Below, piece after piece: positions 41,201 to 56,200 of a stretch of DNA of 64,000 nucleotides. How positions within the stretch are numbered: position 1 is the first letter of the stretch; every line of letters starts with the position of its first letter. The notes below the pieces were generated by a model. It had not been told where the DNA came from, did no database searches, and saw only the letters and a list, made by a program, of their open reading frames with translations. Position numbers and translations under genes: made by a program. The DNA is from Phoronis australis. Taxonomy: Eukaryota; Animalia; Phoronida. The stretch lies in contig NMRA01000010.1 in assembly GCA_002633005.1 (NCBI GenBank), forward strand, positions 333,846 through 397,845, written 5' to 3'.

Positions 41201-44200
41201 TGGTTTTGGCTACATTTTAGCGAGGTCCTTGGGTAGGCCCCATCGTTACTGAACTCTGCCCCGTTCTGTATGTAACCGCAGGTGGTAATTACTTCCGCCG
41301 TGATTGCCCCAAGTTTGCGGCCACACAGCGATTAGAAGTGGCACAAGGTACCCTACTAAAACAAGTTGCCCTACCTCGACAAGGTGGAGTAAATTGTCAC
41401 AAGTGGGGTGAATTGCTCTAGTTTAAATAGCGTCCACATAGCCTCCAAAACTTGCAACAACCCGTTCCAGGAGTAACTTGTTCTAGGGCAAGTCTCTGTG
41501 TCATGGACGGTACTTCTGAAAACCCCTCGTTCATTTCACACTAACATTTGTTTTAGTACAAAAGCCGGTTGTTTCCGTGATCAGCCATCTTTGACAAGAG
41601 GTAAGCGTTTCATTTTTGTTTAGTGTTGCTGTTTTGTTTAAGCAATTTCTCGTTACTTTTTCGGGTGGAACAGCTTACTAATTTAAATGTCAGTCATTTT
41701 TTATTAAAATGACGTAGTCTATATTATTATAGAGGCTCTCACCTGAAGGCAGCCAAAATGAGGGAACCTTCATAAAGTGTCCCACCTGAAGGCGGCCATA
41801 AACGGGACCTGTTATATAAATTTAGAGCCTCGCTCTTGGTCTTTGGGAGGGGTCCTTGCATTAATATAGAGGACCCTACTTCTGAGGCTTGAAAATGAAT
41901 TTATCGCTTTAAGTCATTTTAATTAGTATGAAGTCGTTATAAGCTGTTAACAGTAATAAGCTGCTGGACACTTGCGATTTGATTTAGCGTCATTTGACGC
42001 TATCTCCGCCAGAATTTGACTCAACACGTGACTCGTAATTTCGCAATACCATACTATCCTAAGGGGACAACAAAATAGAAAACTGTATGCCAAAAGTATG
42101 AATTTTCAGTCGGCTCTCCAAAAACCTAGCAACACTCTTATGTTCAATCAAACTTGTCTCCAGGTTGTCACCTACGTATGCGGCTGGTTCTCCATATGTA
42201 AGAAGTTTCCTTTCGTGCTACAGGCCGGAGCCACAGAAATATTCTGTGAAGAAAACGATTTACTCGTCTTCACGCCGATGATAGGGGTGGTCTAACTGCT
42301 GACGAAATAACTGAGAATGAAGACTCCAATAAAATCCATTTATTCAAGAAATAATTCGATAAGTGTAAACTAATTGGCTTAGCTTGAGTTATTGCCACCT
42401 AGACGGAAGATGCATAACGGTATGACATTGTAGTAACTAATATATGTAATACCACAGCTCTCAGCCTCCTGCTGCATGTCAATGTCGATTTCGTGCCACC
42501 AATTGTCGATCGGATGCCCCCCGCAAATAAAACATATAATCCAAACAAAAATAAAACAACACTTACCTGTCGCCAGATTGAATGCATGAATAAAACCTTA
42601 GCTGAACGACACTGCCCCAAATCAAGAAAGTGAACATGTTAGTTATCCAGAAAAGTTCCGACACAGTTATGCAAATTTAAGAGGATCCACAGTAAATTTA
42701 CCTCTTGTAAGCCCTCTCAAGTATATGTCCAGATGGCGTGTCCAAAGAAACTTTTCCGAAAATAAACCTAGGACGCATACTTTTTAGAACAAAATTGTAT
42801 GGTTGTAACAAAAATTTCTCCAGTCTCATTATGACGATTTTTAGGGAGATTTTTAGGGATATTTTAAGGGCGAGGTACAGTACTAATACACCCCTACGTG
42901 TATTCGGCATAAATAATATTGGTCCGGGTGTATCGTTACATCAAACTTTGTCTCCTAGGCGTCATATTCGGAAATCACTAGCATTATTCACGAAAATTGT
43001 TTACATCAGTTGTAGTTAGCGCAGGCATCGGGCTGAGAGACACATCACCTGGGGTATATGAAACGAGTTAAAACTATAATTAGCAACACAACACTAAAAG
43101 CTTTTGAATCTAGCAATTTGAAGTATTTGTACGACTGAAGTGCTCCGAAAACTATCTTAGTAATGTTTGAGATCGACAAGTTGCACTCAGTGGTGGATTT
43201 AGAGGGGGGCCATGGCCCCCCTATAATTCTCCCAGATTCCATTTGGCGATGCGGGGGTGCAAATGTCTGTCGGGAAAAATCCTGGCTAATACTCTGCCCT
43301 GGCCCCCCCCAACTCAAAATCCTGGATCCCCCCCTGGGACTCCCGTCATTCGATAAAGGGTTACAAAATATGATTGTCTGTTCATTGCCTTATCAAACTT
43401 TTGTGGCTTAAGTCTTATAAGTCTTTGATACGTCACAAATGCTCTCCCCACTGAGATAAAACTACAAAACCTACATGTGACGGCGGCGATCAAATAATAT
43501 GTATCCCATGATCCTCTTGCCGAGACACGCTGTTGAATTAGCTTGCTCCTCACGGTGAATCAGTAGATTTTATTCTCGTTTCAGTTCATGAATTGAAGAA
43601 ACCACCAAGTGAGCCGATGTGGTACGGTGTACACGATACACATCAACATAATTGTTCTTTTCACTCTTTTGCGGAACTTACCATTAAGTAGGAATATAAT
43701 AGGAGACTTGGTTATACACTATTCCATCAATCTACATAGCCATGTGAGGCCTGGGCACACATCTGTTTGATTATTCCAAAGTATTAGTAAGGGTTTGTGA
43801 TTATCACGGACTATTCAGCTGTTAGCTGGTTCAAACTAGTTCGCGTCGTAGAACTCTTGCTAGCTAGAGTTCTGTTTGCTTGTATTCCGAGTCATCAAAA
43901 AGATCTTGTTGAAGCTTGAGGTGCTTGGTAAAGAAGACTAATTTCATGTAACAAGTACCGTATGGCAATGACGTCGAAGATGCCGAATGAAATCAAATTC
44001 GAAATGACATAATTTTGCGGGGATGTAATCTTGCTGGAAAGATTATGGTGTTTCTTGTTTATTTCAATTGACAATTGTTCTCCGTCGTAGTTATTTTTTT
44101 TGTTTTTAAAACGAATAACTTTAGAAAAAAAATTTTGGATTCGCAGACCAGCAATTGTTTAAATTAGAGAGGGATCACAAATCTGCACAGTGTGAACTGC

Positions 44201-47200
44201 TAGGATTCCTCAATTGCGTTTGTGAGCAGACAGCGCTTATACGTAGAGGTCAGACTGGGAATTTTTCAGGAAGAGCTCCGGAGTGCGTTCAGTGACGCTT
44301 GGACCTACAGTGAATTTCGCGTCTGTACTGCAAGGGTCAATACTATGAAAATAAAATCCCCGGAGTGAGAGCTCTTCGCGGTGTAACAACTCGCTCACTA
44401 ATCCATCATCATGGGCGAGTGATAGGAGACCGGTGAATAACTTAAAAACGCAAAAATGATGCAGTTTGGCGTTACACAAACAAAATCAATTGTGGGCGAA
44501 GACTGCGAAAAATAGCCGGGTTTACAAAATGACTACAGCGTTGTATTGACCGGGAAGCAACCAATCTAATACAACTTGTTAACGTCACGAGTCAAATTAA
44601 AGATCAAATGTNACTAGTTCGCATCGTAGAACTCTTGCTAGCTAGAGTTCTGTTTGCTTGTATTCCGATTCATCAAAAAGATCTTGTTGAAGCTTGAGGT
44701 GCTTGGTAAAGAACACTAATTTCATGTAACAAGTACCGTATGGCAATGACGTCGAAGATGCCGAATGAAATCAATTTCGAAATGACATAATTTTGCGGGG
44801 ATGTAATCTTGCTGGAAAGATTATGGTGTTTCGTGTTTATTTCAATTGACAAATAAATATTGTTCTCTGTTGTAGTTATTTTTTTGTTTTTAAAACGAAT
44901 AACTTTAGAAAAAAATTTTTGGATTCACAGACCAGCAATTGTTTAAATTAGAGAGGGATCACAAATCTGCACAGTGTGAACTGCTAGGATTCCTCAATTG
45001 CGTTTGTGAGCAGACAGCGCTTACACGTAGAGGTCAGACTGGGAATTTATGAGGAAGAGCTCCGGAGTGCGTTCAGTAACGCTTGGACCTACAGTGAATT
45101 TCGCGTCTGTACTGCAAGGGTCAATACTATGAAAATAAAATCCCCGGAGTGAGAGCTCTTCGCGGTGTAACAACTCACTCACTAATGCATCATTATGGGC
45201 GCGTGATAGGAGACCGGTGAATAACTTAAAAACGCAAAAATGATGCAGTTTGGCGTTACACAAACAAAATCAATTGTGGGCGAAGACTGCGAAAAATAGC
45301 CGCGTTTACAAAATGACGGCAGCGTTGTATTGACCGGGAAGCAACCAATCTAATACAACTTGTTAACCTCACGAGTCAAATTATAGCTCAAATGTAAAGA
45401 AAACGTTCACGTTTTCACCCAAAACTTGTTGCATTGTCCATAACTTATCCAATGTTTACTAATGCCGCTTGCCTTCAACCTTCGAATAGTAGTGGTGTTA
45501 CACAACCGACATGAACTCATGTAACCAGACAGCAAAACTAGGTTAATTTATTTGACCCTGTGCTAACGAATATGTGCATCTTCACGCAAAGTGGTATGGG
45601 CCTGACAACCTATTACGCAACTGCTACTCTAGCCTAAAAATAGCAGCCGACCAGCTGGCAGCTGGTCGGCTGATGACCGGTCGGCTGGGGAGTCGCCTTA
45701 TGAGTCGGCACTGCGGGCGGCCGCCGGTCGGCTAATTTTTAGTCGATCGGTTGGTGGCCCGTCGTCGGCCAATTTCCGACCGGGCGGACAAAAATTCGTG
45801 ATGTATGCTGTAGCTAAAATCTAATCAAAGTCGCGCGTTCCCATTTAAAATACACGGCCACATCTCACGCAATCTCACGAAGTCTTGCATTTAGGGAAAT
45901 CCTAGCGTTACAGAATGGGAGGCAGGTCTATGACTCGAAGAGACCTTTTTCCCGCTATTAGTGCCACGCATGGATTTCAGGCAGGTGTGTTGTCACCTAA
46001 CCTGATGGTGTAATCGCGGTGCAAGTACCTACTCGCTTTAAAATTTAAATGGCGCAAATTCGTCAGATTTTCCACAGGACACGTCGTAAAATTCCAAACA
46101 CGTCAGTCACAAAGGCCGGTACACATTTACGAACGTCGGCTAATCTGACCTTTCTGAAATTTTGATATTGCTCCACCGATTCATTTGGAAACAAACGCAA
46201 TCCGTACGCATCAGTTCCTTCGTCTGAATTTCCCCGTATTCCGCTTTCAAAAGTGTTCAAATCCATCCAGCACGTTACGCACCCTCGTTGTGGACTAGTA
46301 ACCCGGCGGCCTCATGGGCCTGCCGGGTTGCAGCCGTCTCGTTATCAGTTTGACAGTGGAAACCAATGTTTTCATAGACCTCTGCTTTCATCTAAGCTTA
46401 GGTAATCCAGCAATTGATGTTGTAAACAGCGCGCCTGGCACTAACCGACATTTAAAAATGCTATTTGCTAACGACCAACAAATGTTGCGAAGCAGTTGTA
46501 TTTTGTATGGAATACTTTCACCAAAAAACTTCGAATGGAGAAAAACGGTTGACTTTCAGAGAAATTACTCTCAACTTTCATCTGTTCATTCCTTTGTGTG
46601 ATTGTGAGGTCGTCCAGCTTAACCACAGTAATGGGTACCAACACAAAAGGCTTGTTGGACACGTTTAATCGACAGTGTTTCGAGATTATATCGTGATAGT
46701 GGACTAAGGGCTATCAGCGTGTAAGATTACGTACCCTAGCATAACATCAAGCGGTCAATCATGCATATCTTGTATGGACAATTCGTGCAGCCAACAGTAA
46801 TGGCCAACTTGTTGTGACTGGTGGTGTCTTAACAAAACATAACGGATAAAAAACATCCAGCATGTCGTCTTAAAAACTACAAACAACTTGCAAGTATTAG
46901 TATTTCAACAAAATTCGAATAAATGCAGAACTTCAGATATCCCAACCCTTTATAAATAATTCCTATTTTGTTATCTTACACATCAGAGAATAACACTACG
47001 AAAAATGCGTAAGGTTACATCTCAGTGTTTAACATTACGCATCCGCCCGTAATATCAAGCAGTCATATATGTTGAAAAAACGGCCCGTGCAACTATGGGC
47101 TACCAGCGTGTAAAATTACGTATCCGAGAGTAATATCAAGCGGTCATGCACAATATTATGTATAGTGACAAAAATTGCGGGTGAGTCTAAAGCCTATATA

Positions 47201-50200
47201 AAAACCCGAGCGTAATATCAAGCGACCGTAATATTACGCAGACAAGAGTAATGCACGTATTTTTTATTCCGATATTAGGTAATAGTACATATAATTTGGT
47301 GACAAAACGTATATTGAGCTCCCACAAGAAACATGCTGTCAAGCGCAGCCAAAAGTGATAGACACATTTTAGCTTCTGATATTAGATTACATATATCCTG
47401 ATGGCAAAACGTAAAGCTCACATTTGAACTAATAGTTCAACGATTGTGTGAGACAAAAACACCGCCGCAAAGTTTAGCGTGAGGTGGTCAGAAGCACATT
47501 CGTTAACAATGGGAACGATATTATCGAAAAACCGCACCCAGTTTTCAAAAAAGTTTGTCAGCTACCTTGTGGTTGATCATATGAAATCTACCTGAACTGT
47601 GTCTGTAGAAGACGGCCCAGTGAGCAATCGTCCGTGCGAGCCCTATATAAGCTACCGCGCGTAATATCAAGCGACCGCAACATTACGAAACGCTTCGTCC
47701 TATAAACTACAAGCAACATGCTGTCAAGCATTAGTATTATAACAAAATTCGAATAAATATCATCAGAAATCCGAAGTCATCTTAACATAAACTTCGATCA
47801 TGGATGATGTTATACGTTAAGCACAAGACTACGCAAAATGCGTAAGATTACACGTCAGCATGTAAGATTACGCATCTGCACGTAATATTAGGCAATCAAG
47901 TATATTGAAGAAATCACCCGTGCAACTAAGGGCTATCAGCGTGTAACAGTACGTATCTATACCTAATATCAAACGGTTATGAAGATGACAAAAAATCGCC
48001 GGTGTGATCAACGCCTATATAAAGGTCCGAGCTCAACATGAAGCGATCGTAACATTACACGAGCGTAATATTACGCAAGAAACCTCCACCGGAGTATGGA
48101 AATGATGAAACACTGCATCGCATAGCCAATTGTAATGGACATGTTTTAGATTTTGATATCAGGTTTTAGTACATGTAAGTTGATGGCAAAATGTTAAGCT
48201 CCTATTTGAACTAGTAGTTGAACGGTTGTTTGAGACACAGACGTCGCAACAAATTTAACGTGAGGAACATAAGCTCACGATGCTAACTGAATTACCAAGA
48301 GTTTGCATTCAGTTTTCAAAAAAGATGGGTTAAAACCCTTCGTCAGCCGCCTTGTGGGTTGACCATATGAAATCTACCTGAACTATGTCTGTAGACGACG
48401 GCCCAGTGAACAACCGTGCGTGCGAGCCTTATCTAAGCTACCGTGCGTAATATCAAGCGAACGTAATATTACGCCACGCTTCGTTATATAAACTACAAGC
48501 AACATGCTGTCAACCATTAGTATGACAACAAAATTCGAATAAATATCATTAGAAATTCCAAGTCATCATAACATAAACTTCGTTCATGGATAATGTTACA
48601 GGCGTCAGGCTTGCGTCTATGCAAAATGCGTAACATTACACGTCAGCGTGTAAGATTACGCATCCTCACGTAATATCAAGCCCTCATCTATGTTAAAAAA
48701 TTTGCCCGTGCGACTAAGGGCGGTCAGCGTGCAACATTACGTACCTGTACCTAATATCAGTCATGCATAATATGAAGATGACAAAAAGTCGCGGATGTGA
48801 CCAACGCCTATATAAAGATCCGAGCTCAAGATCAAGCGACCGTAATATTACGCGCGACCGTAATATTACGCATGAAATCACCGAAGTGTGGAAATGATGA
48901 ATCACTGTGCATCGCACAGCCAATTGTAATGGACATATTTTGGATTGTGATATTAGATTTTGGCATATATAATTTGACGACAAAATGTAAAGCTCCCATT
49001 TGAACTAATAGTTGAACGATTGTTTGTAACACGAACGCCGCCGCAAAGTTTAACGTGAGGGTAAAAGCACATTACGCTAACGATGGCAAAATAATTACCG
49101 AAAAATTGTATTCAGCTTTCAAACAAGATTGGGTTAAAACTCTTCGACAGCCATCTTGTGGGTTGACCATATGAAATCTAAATGAACTTTTTCTGTAGAC
49201 GACGGCCCAGCGAAGAATCGTGCGTGCGAGCCCTATCTAAGATATCGCGCGTAATATCAAGCGACCGTAATATTACGCCACGCTTCGTCTTATAGGCTAC
49301 TAGCAACATGCTGTCAAACATTAGTATTACAACAAAATTCGAATAAATATCAGAAATCCGAAGTCATCATAACGTAAACTTCGTTCATGGATGATGTTAC
49401 ACGTCTCAGACAAGACTACGCAAAAATGCGTAAAATTACACGTCAGCGTGTAAGTTTACGCATCTGCACGTAATATCAAGTAGTCATGTATGTTGAAAAA
49501 AATCACCCGTGCAACTAAGGGCTATCAGCGTGCAACATTAGGTATAGGTACCTAATATCAAACGGTCATGCATAATATAAAGATGACAAAAATCGACGGT
49601 GTGATCAACGCCTATATAAAGGACCGAGCTCAACTTCAACCGACCGTAATATTACGCGACCGTAATATTACGCTACAGTAATATTACGCAAGAAACCTCC
49701 ACCGACTGTGCATGTCACAGCCAATTGTAATGGACATGCTTTAGATTCTGACATTAGATTTTAGTACATGTAAGTTGATGGCAAAATTTAAAGCTCCCAT
49801 TTGAACGAATAGTTGAACGATTGTTTGAGACACGAAAGCCGCTGCAAAGTTGAACGTAAGGGGATTGGAAGCATATAAGCTCCCGATGGGAACTGAATTA
49901 CCAAAAGTTTGCATTCAGTTTTCACAAAAGATAGATTTAAATCCTTCGTCAAGCACCTTGTGGTTTGACCCTATGATATGTACGTGAAGTATATTTGTAT
50001 ACCATAACACAGTCAAGAATCGCCCGTGCAAGCCCTATCTAAGCTACCGCGCGTAATATCAAGCGACCGTAATATTACGCCACGCTTCGTCTTATAAACT
50101 ACAAGCAACATGCTGTCAAGCATTTCTAATACAACAAAATTCGAATAAATATCATTAGAATACCAAGTCATCATAACATAAACTTTGTTCATGGATGATG

Positions 50201-53200
50201 TTACGCGTCAGGCACAACACTACTTAAAATGCTTAATATTACTCGTCAGCGCGTAAGATTACGCATCCTCACGTATTATCAAGCAGTCATGTATGTTGAA
50301 AAAAATTGCCCGTGCGACTAAGGGCTGTCAGCATGCAACATTACGAATCTCTACCTAATATCAAACGGTCATGCATAATATGAAGATGACAAAAATCGCC
50401 GGTGTGAACAACGCCCATATGAATGTCTGAGCTCAACATCAAACGATCGTAATATTACGCGTCCGTAATTTTACGCAAAAAACCTCCACCGAAGTATGGA
50501 AATTATGAGTCACTGTATCGCGTAGTCAATTGTAAGGGACATATTTTAAATTCTGATATTAGGTTTTATTACATGTAAGCTGATGGCAAAAGGTAAAGTT
50601 CCCATTTGAACTAATAGTTGAACATTTGTTTGAGACACGCATGCCCCAGCAAACGGTTTAACGTGAGGGGATTGGGAGCACATAAACTCTCGATGTTCGT
50701 ATTCAGTTTTCAAAAAAGATGGGGCTTCAACGCTTTGTCAGCCACCTTGTGGCTTGAGCCTATGAAATCTATCCGAACTGTGTCTGTGTAGGACGGCCCA
50801 GTGAGCAACCGCCTTTGCGAGCCCTATCTAAGCTACCGCGCGTAATATCAAGCGGCCGTAATATTACGCCACGCTTCCTCTTATAAACTACAAGTAACAT
50901 GCTGCCAATACAGCATTGGTATTACAAGAAAATTCGCATAAAGGTCATCAGAAATCCCAAGTCACCATAACATAAAACTTCGTTCATGGATGATGTTAAA
51001 CGTCTGGGATACGTGATGAAAAAAATCGCCTGGTGGCGTGCAACTGAGGCATATGAGCGTGTAACCTTAAAGACACACACGTACGTAATATCCAGCATTT
51101 ATGCGTAATATCATACATGATAAAAAATTGCCCGTGCAACTAAGACCTATACAAGTACCCCTGCCTAACATCAAACGACCATAATATTACGCAAAAAGCT
51201 CCGTACCGAGTGATGGCTTACTGCGCATGCTGCAGCCAAGAGTAGTGGGCAAATTTTAGCTTCTGCATTAGGTTTTAGTACATTTAAGTTGGTGGCAAAG
51301 CATACAGCTCACATTTGAACTTTAATAGTTGAACGGTTGTTTGACACGGACACCGCCGCAAAGTTTGATTTGAGTAGGTTGGAATCATATTCGCTATCGC
51401 TGGGAACGAAATTACCAAAAATATAAGCTAAAACTCTGTCTCAGCTACCTCGTGGGTTGACTGTTTGACAATTATCTACCTGAACTGCGTCTGTATACGA
51501 CCGNGCATTCAGTTTTCACAAAAGATAGATTTAAATCCTTCGTCAAGCACCTTGTGGTTTGACCCTATGATATGTACGTGAAGTATATTTGTATACCATA
51601 ACACAGTCAAGAATCGCCCGTGCAAGCCCTATCTAAGCTACCGCGTGTAATATCAAGCGACCGTAATATTACGCCACGCTTCGTCTTATAAACTACAAGC
51701 AACATGCTGTCAAGCATTTCTAATACAACAAAATTCGAATAAATATCATTAGAATACCAAGTCATCATAACATAAACTTTGTTCATGGATGATGTTACGC
51801 GTCAGGCACAACACTACTTAAAATGCTTAATATTACACGTCAGCGCGTAAGATTACACATCCTCACGTATTATCAAGCATTCATGTATGTTGAAAAAATT
51901 GCCCGTGCGACTAAGGGCTGTCAGCATGCAACATTACGAATCTCTACCTAATATCAAACGGTCATGCATAATATGAAGATGACAAAAATCGCCGGTGTGA
52001 ACAACGCCCATATGAATATCTGAGCTCAACATCAAACGATCGTAATATTACGCGTCCGTAATTTTACGCAAGAAATATCCACTGAAGTATGGAAATTATG
52101 AGTCACTGTATCGCGTAGTCAATTGTAAGGGACATATTTTCAATTCTGATATTACTGTAGGTTTTATTACATGTAAGTTGATGGCAAAAGGTAAAGTTCC
52201 CATTTGAACTGATAGTTGAACATTTGTTTGAGACACGCATGCCCCAGCAAACGGTTAAACGTGAGGGGATTGGGAGCACATAAACTCTCGATGTTCGTAT
52301 TCAGTTTTCAAAAAAGATGGGGCTTCAACGCTTTGTCAGCCACCTTGTGGCTTGAGCCTATGAAATCTATCCCAACTGTGTCTGTGTAGGACGGCCCAGT
52401 GAGCAACCGCCTTTGCGAGCCCTATCTAAGCTACCGCGCGTAATATCAAGCGGCCGTAATATTACGCTACAAACTTTCACCAAAGTATGGAAAAACTGAG
52501 TCACTGTGCATTGTGCAGCCAGAAGTAATGGCCATATTTTAACTTCTGATATTAGGTTTTGGTACTTTCAAGTTGATGGCAGACGCAAAGTCCACACTTG
52601 GCCCATTTTAATAGTCGGACACGCACTTGCGCCAGACAAGGACCCCTGGGCGCTGTTTAAATTGTTCGTGGGAAGGACACGGTTTTCAAAAAAGCGTGCG
52701 CCGCGCCTTGTAAAAATCAACCCGTACTTCAGCACTATGACCACGCACAGGGGAAAACCATTCGAGCACCAGAGGCCAATCGCACCCGTGCGTAATATCA
52801 AGCGTCCGTAATATCATACCTCGGAACACGACGGAAGGATCAAAAACGTGAAACAGCTTGTTTATTGAAGTTAGCCTTCACAAGCGCCGGACAGGGAAAA
52901 TCACCCGAGAGGAGCGTATCCAAGCACCCGCGCGTAATATCAAACGACCGTTATATCAGGCATCGGAGCACGACAGAAGGTTCAAAAGAGTGAAACAATA
53001 ATACAGGGTGTTTACGAGAGCTAGCTTTCGCAATCGCGACATTTTAAGCCACAGGCGTTCAATCATTTGAGCTTCGCCAGAATTTAACCCTCACCCCGCT
53101 TCCGCTATCATATGGTATATACTTAGGCCAAGCTGTTGTGACCCTTGGTGTCTCAACTGTACATCCTTCGGAGCTAGAACATGTTTTAACATAACATGAC

Positions 53201-56200
53201 AAAAGCAACAAAACAACAGATCAAAAAAAAACTTCCAACAAATCGTCTTATAAACTACAAGCAACATACCGTCAAGCGCTAGCGTTACCACAGAATTCGA
53301 ATAAATGCGGCATTTCTGATATCCCAAGTCACTATACAGCAAATTTCATTCTTACTTGATATTACACATCAGATATGTAAGATTACGCAAAACTGCGTAA
53401 GATTACACATCAGTGTGTAATATTACGGACCCGTGCGTAATATCAAGCAGTCGTGCGTAATATTACGCATGACTAGCGTAATATTACGCATTCCTTGTGT
53501 GTAATATTACGAAAGCAGATTTCAATGGCTAATTAACAGAAGGCTAAATGAGGTTTTTCAAAAGTAGAACATGAAATGCATTAAGGAGGGGGTCATGATC
53601 GATTATAAACCAAATTTAAAAACAAAATGTTGATATTTATCTGAAATGTAATATTACATTTCAGTTTGGGACAAAATGGGAAAGTCCCTTTTTAAATGGG
53701 AAGCGCTTCTTCAGACTTATCAAGAAGGTCCTAAATACCGTAACGTTGGGTAAGAGCCAGTTAAAAACACTACTGTCTCTTAACTAAGTGTTGGCAGCAA
53801 TAATTCTAGACTAGTTGAAAGAATAACACTCTGACTGCAAGTCACAGTTTTATACTCGTCTGTTGACTAAATGTTTGTCAACTTCCACAATTCACGGAAA
53901 TTTATGAATGAATGCATTGCAAGTGTTAAAAATCACGATTTACGTAATGGTTGTTTTAAAAAGTATGTAACATGCTGAAACCAGGCTCTTACTCGTCTGG
54001 ATATGGTTGTTAAGGGAAATGAAACAATGTTTATTGATAAAAACTTAATCAAACGTACCATACAGTTGGTAGCAACAGTCAAAAGCAAGTGAACACCAGG
54101 TTTGCAAAACTGACTTTGATGAATAAGCGTCGGATTTTGAATAAGAGCCAGTTTGGAATAAGCGCCGCCGGGGTCAAAAAATGTAATTAAGAAATCAATA
54201 AGCGCTCCAGTGCTAATAAGCGACACTGCCGTAACCTTATTCTATGGTTAAAGCTGCACAGGAGAGAATACTAGATTGTATTTATGGTATTGAAGACCAA
54301 AAGCGTAGTGAGGAAGGGAAATTTGTAATTTAGACAATCATTGAAGTGAAAATATTGGAGAATTCAGGGATGGTTGTTTTTAGTGAAAGGTGTGAATGGT
54401 TCAACAAAGTTATAGCTTCACACCAAAACAACTGCTTTTCAAAACAAATAATAGCACTGTGCCGGTGAATCTGTTGCTCAGGGCAGTTCTTGTCTGCACA
54501 GCTTGGTTAATGAGAAAAGCCCAGCAGTAATGAACATCGGACTTCAGCTTTGTCAATTTTGAGAACAGGCATATGTGGTTACATATTGACCATCTGTGAT
54601 ATCACTCCAGGAAAACAGCTGTGTATTGCAATGGCTACAAGCAGACAACCCTCCAAAATTTTGCTTGCTTCATTTGATAATTCCTTTCAACTCCATTTGT
54701 TGGCATCATTAAATTGTTTTTCGCCAAGGAGATGTAAAGACCAGTGTATCACAGATAATCAAGCCTAATACAAAATATTGCAGTTTTCATTTTTTTTTCA
54801 TTTTTAGCAGCGAGTAAAAAGGGTGTCACCTTTTAATTTAACCACGTAATTTGAGTGGAGGTAGCAATCTCAATGACAAATTTACAAGAACCCTTGAAAT
54901 GGAAGTCTTCTGAACTTGGTTTTTTTTTAAATTCATGTGTTAATCTATTGAAATAATAATAAAACCCAACGCATCAAGAAATATTACCTGAAGATGCCCG
55001 TGAACATATTATTTCAGTCATTCATTACAGCAAGTTAATTCTATCATGCTTTGTTCACTGAGTCATAGAAGTCAAAGAACAAATCAGAGGACGATTATGA
55101 TTTAATCCACAGTTCAAATTAAAATTGGATCTATATATTTGGTTTCTACAGTGAAAGACTTTCAAGGTAGTTGAAGGTTACCGCTACTGTACACAAGTTA
55201 CAACTGAAATAATCTCAGTACAGTAAAGTTTATATGTGAGTCAAAATGATCTAATCTTTCACCAATATAAGTAACTTAGAATGCACAGTACTTTAGAACA
55301 TTTAAGCATTACAAACGTTATCCAACAACAAGACAAATTTACATGATATGAAAGTGGATATGCCTAACTATTACCATGGCAACTAGGTATTTCCTTACAT
55401 TAGAATTCGACAAGCGTGATTTGAAAAAATAAAAAGTTGTATGGAAAAATAATTGGAAGCTTCACAATCCAACATGGCCTATTACTCTAATTAAGAGTTC
55501 TTACATTTTGGGCCTTGATAGCTTGAATTAAGAAAGCAATAAGTTACAACGCATGCATTGAAAGAACGATTCATACGAAAAATTTAGAAAAATATGAATT
55601 ATGTTGTGACACATAATCAAACGTTGAAGCGCAATTGACTTTCAAGGAAAAAACAATAATTTTTTTCGAAACTTTCAACTATCTTTTAAGCTGAGTGTAT
55701 GGTCAACTGAATGGGATATTCACACTGTAATAATTAGAATATTCCTTATATTTTTGCACAAAAACATAAACATTGTGCAAAGTTGTTTTTTTCTAGCATA
55801 TTTCATCAAAATGTATCAAAGTTAAAACTTCACCAAGTAAAAAATAGCCGATTGAACATGCCCTTCAGTTCAACAGAAGTCGTCATGTCGGTGCAAACGG
55901 AAATTGTGAGCCTTTTTATCACTCAATAAGTAATATCTACTAGGCTGAAATCCAATGAAAAGTATTGAATCGCTCAGAATTGTAGGTATAGATCTTTCTC
56001 ACTAAATTTCATCGTAAATTATTGGTGAAAATAAATAATGCACGGTTTTAAAATGGTCTCGTAATTTGTGCCGCTGGTGTCCAAGATGGCCAACCAGATC
56101 CAAACAAATGACCCAAATTTTGCCACCAAAATTGCAATAAATGTGCACTGCTTAACCCGATTTTGATAATTTTTCAATTTTTATTGAGTGAGATGCATTA

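Noticed and set aside
43835-45394. ~780-bp duplication with twin 80-aa ORFs
   Set aside because: Joined at N 44612, so an assembly overlap. The ORF has no recognisable homology.
49911-52467. Near-identical extra copy of the 800-bp unit (49911-50868 versus 51505-52467)
   Set aside because: Starts exactly at N 51504 and is probably the other haplotype, so the array copy number is uncertain.
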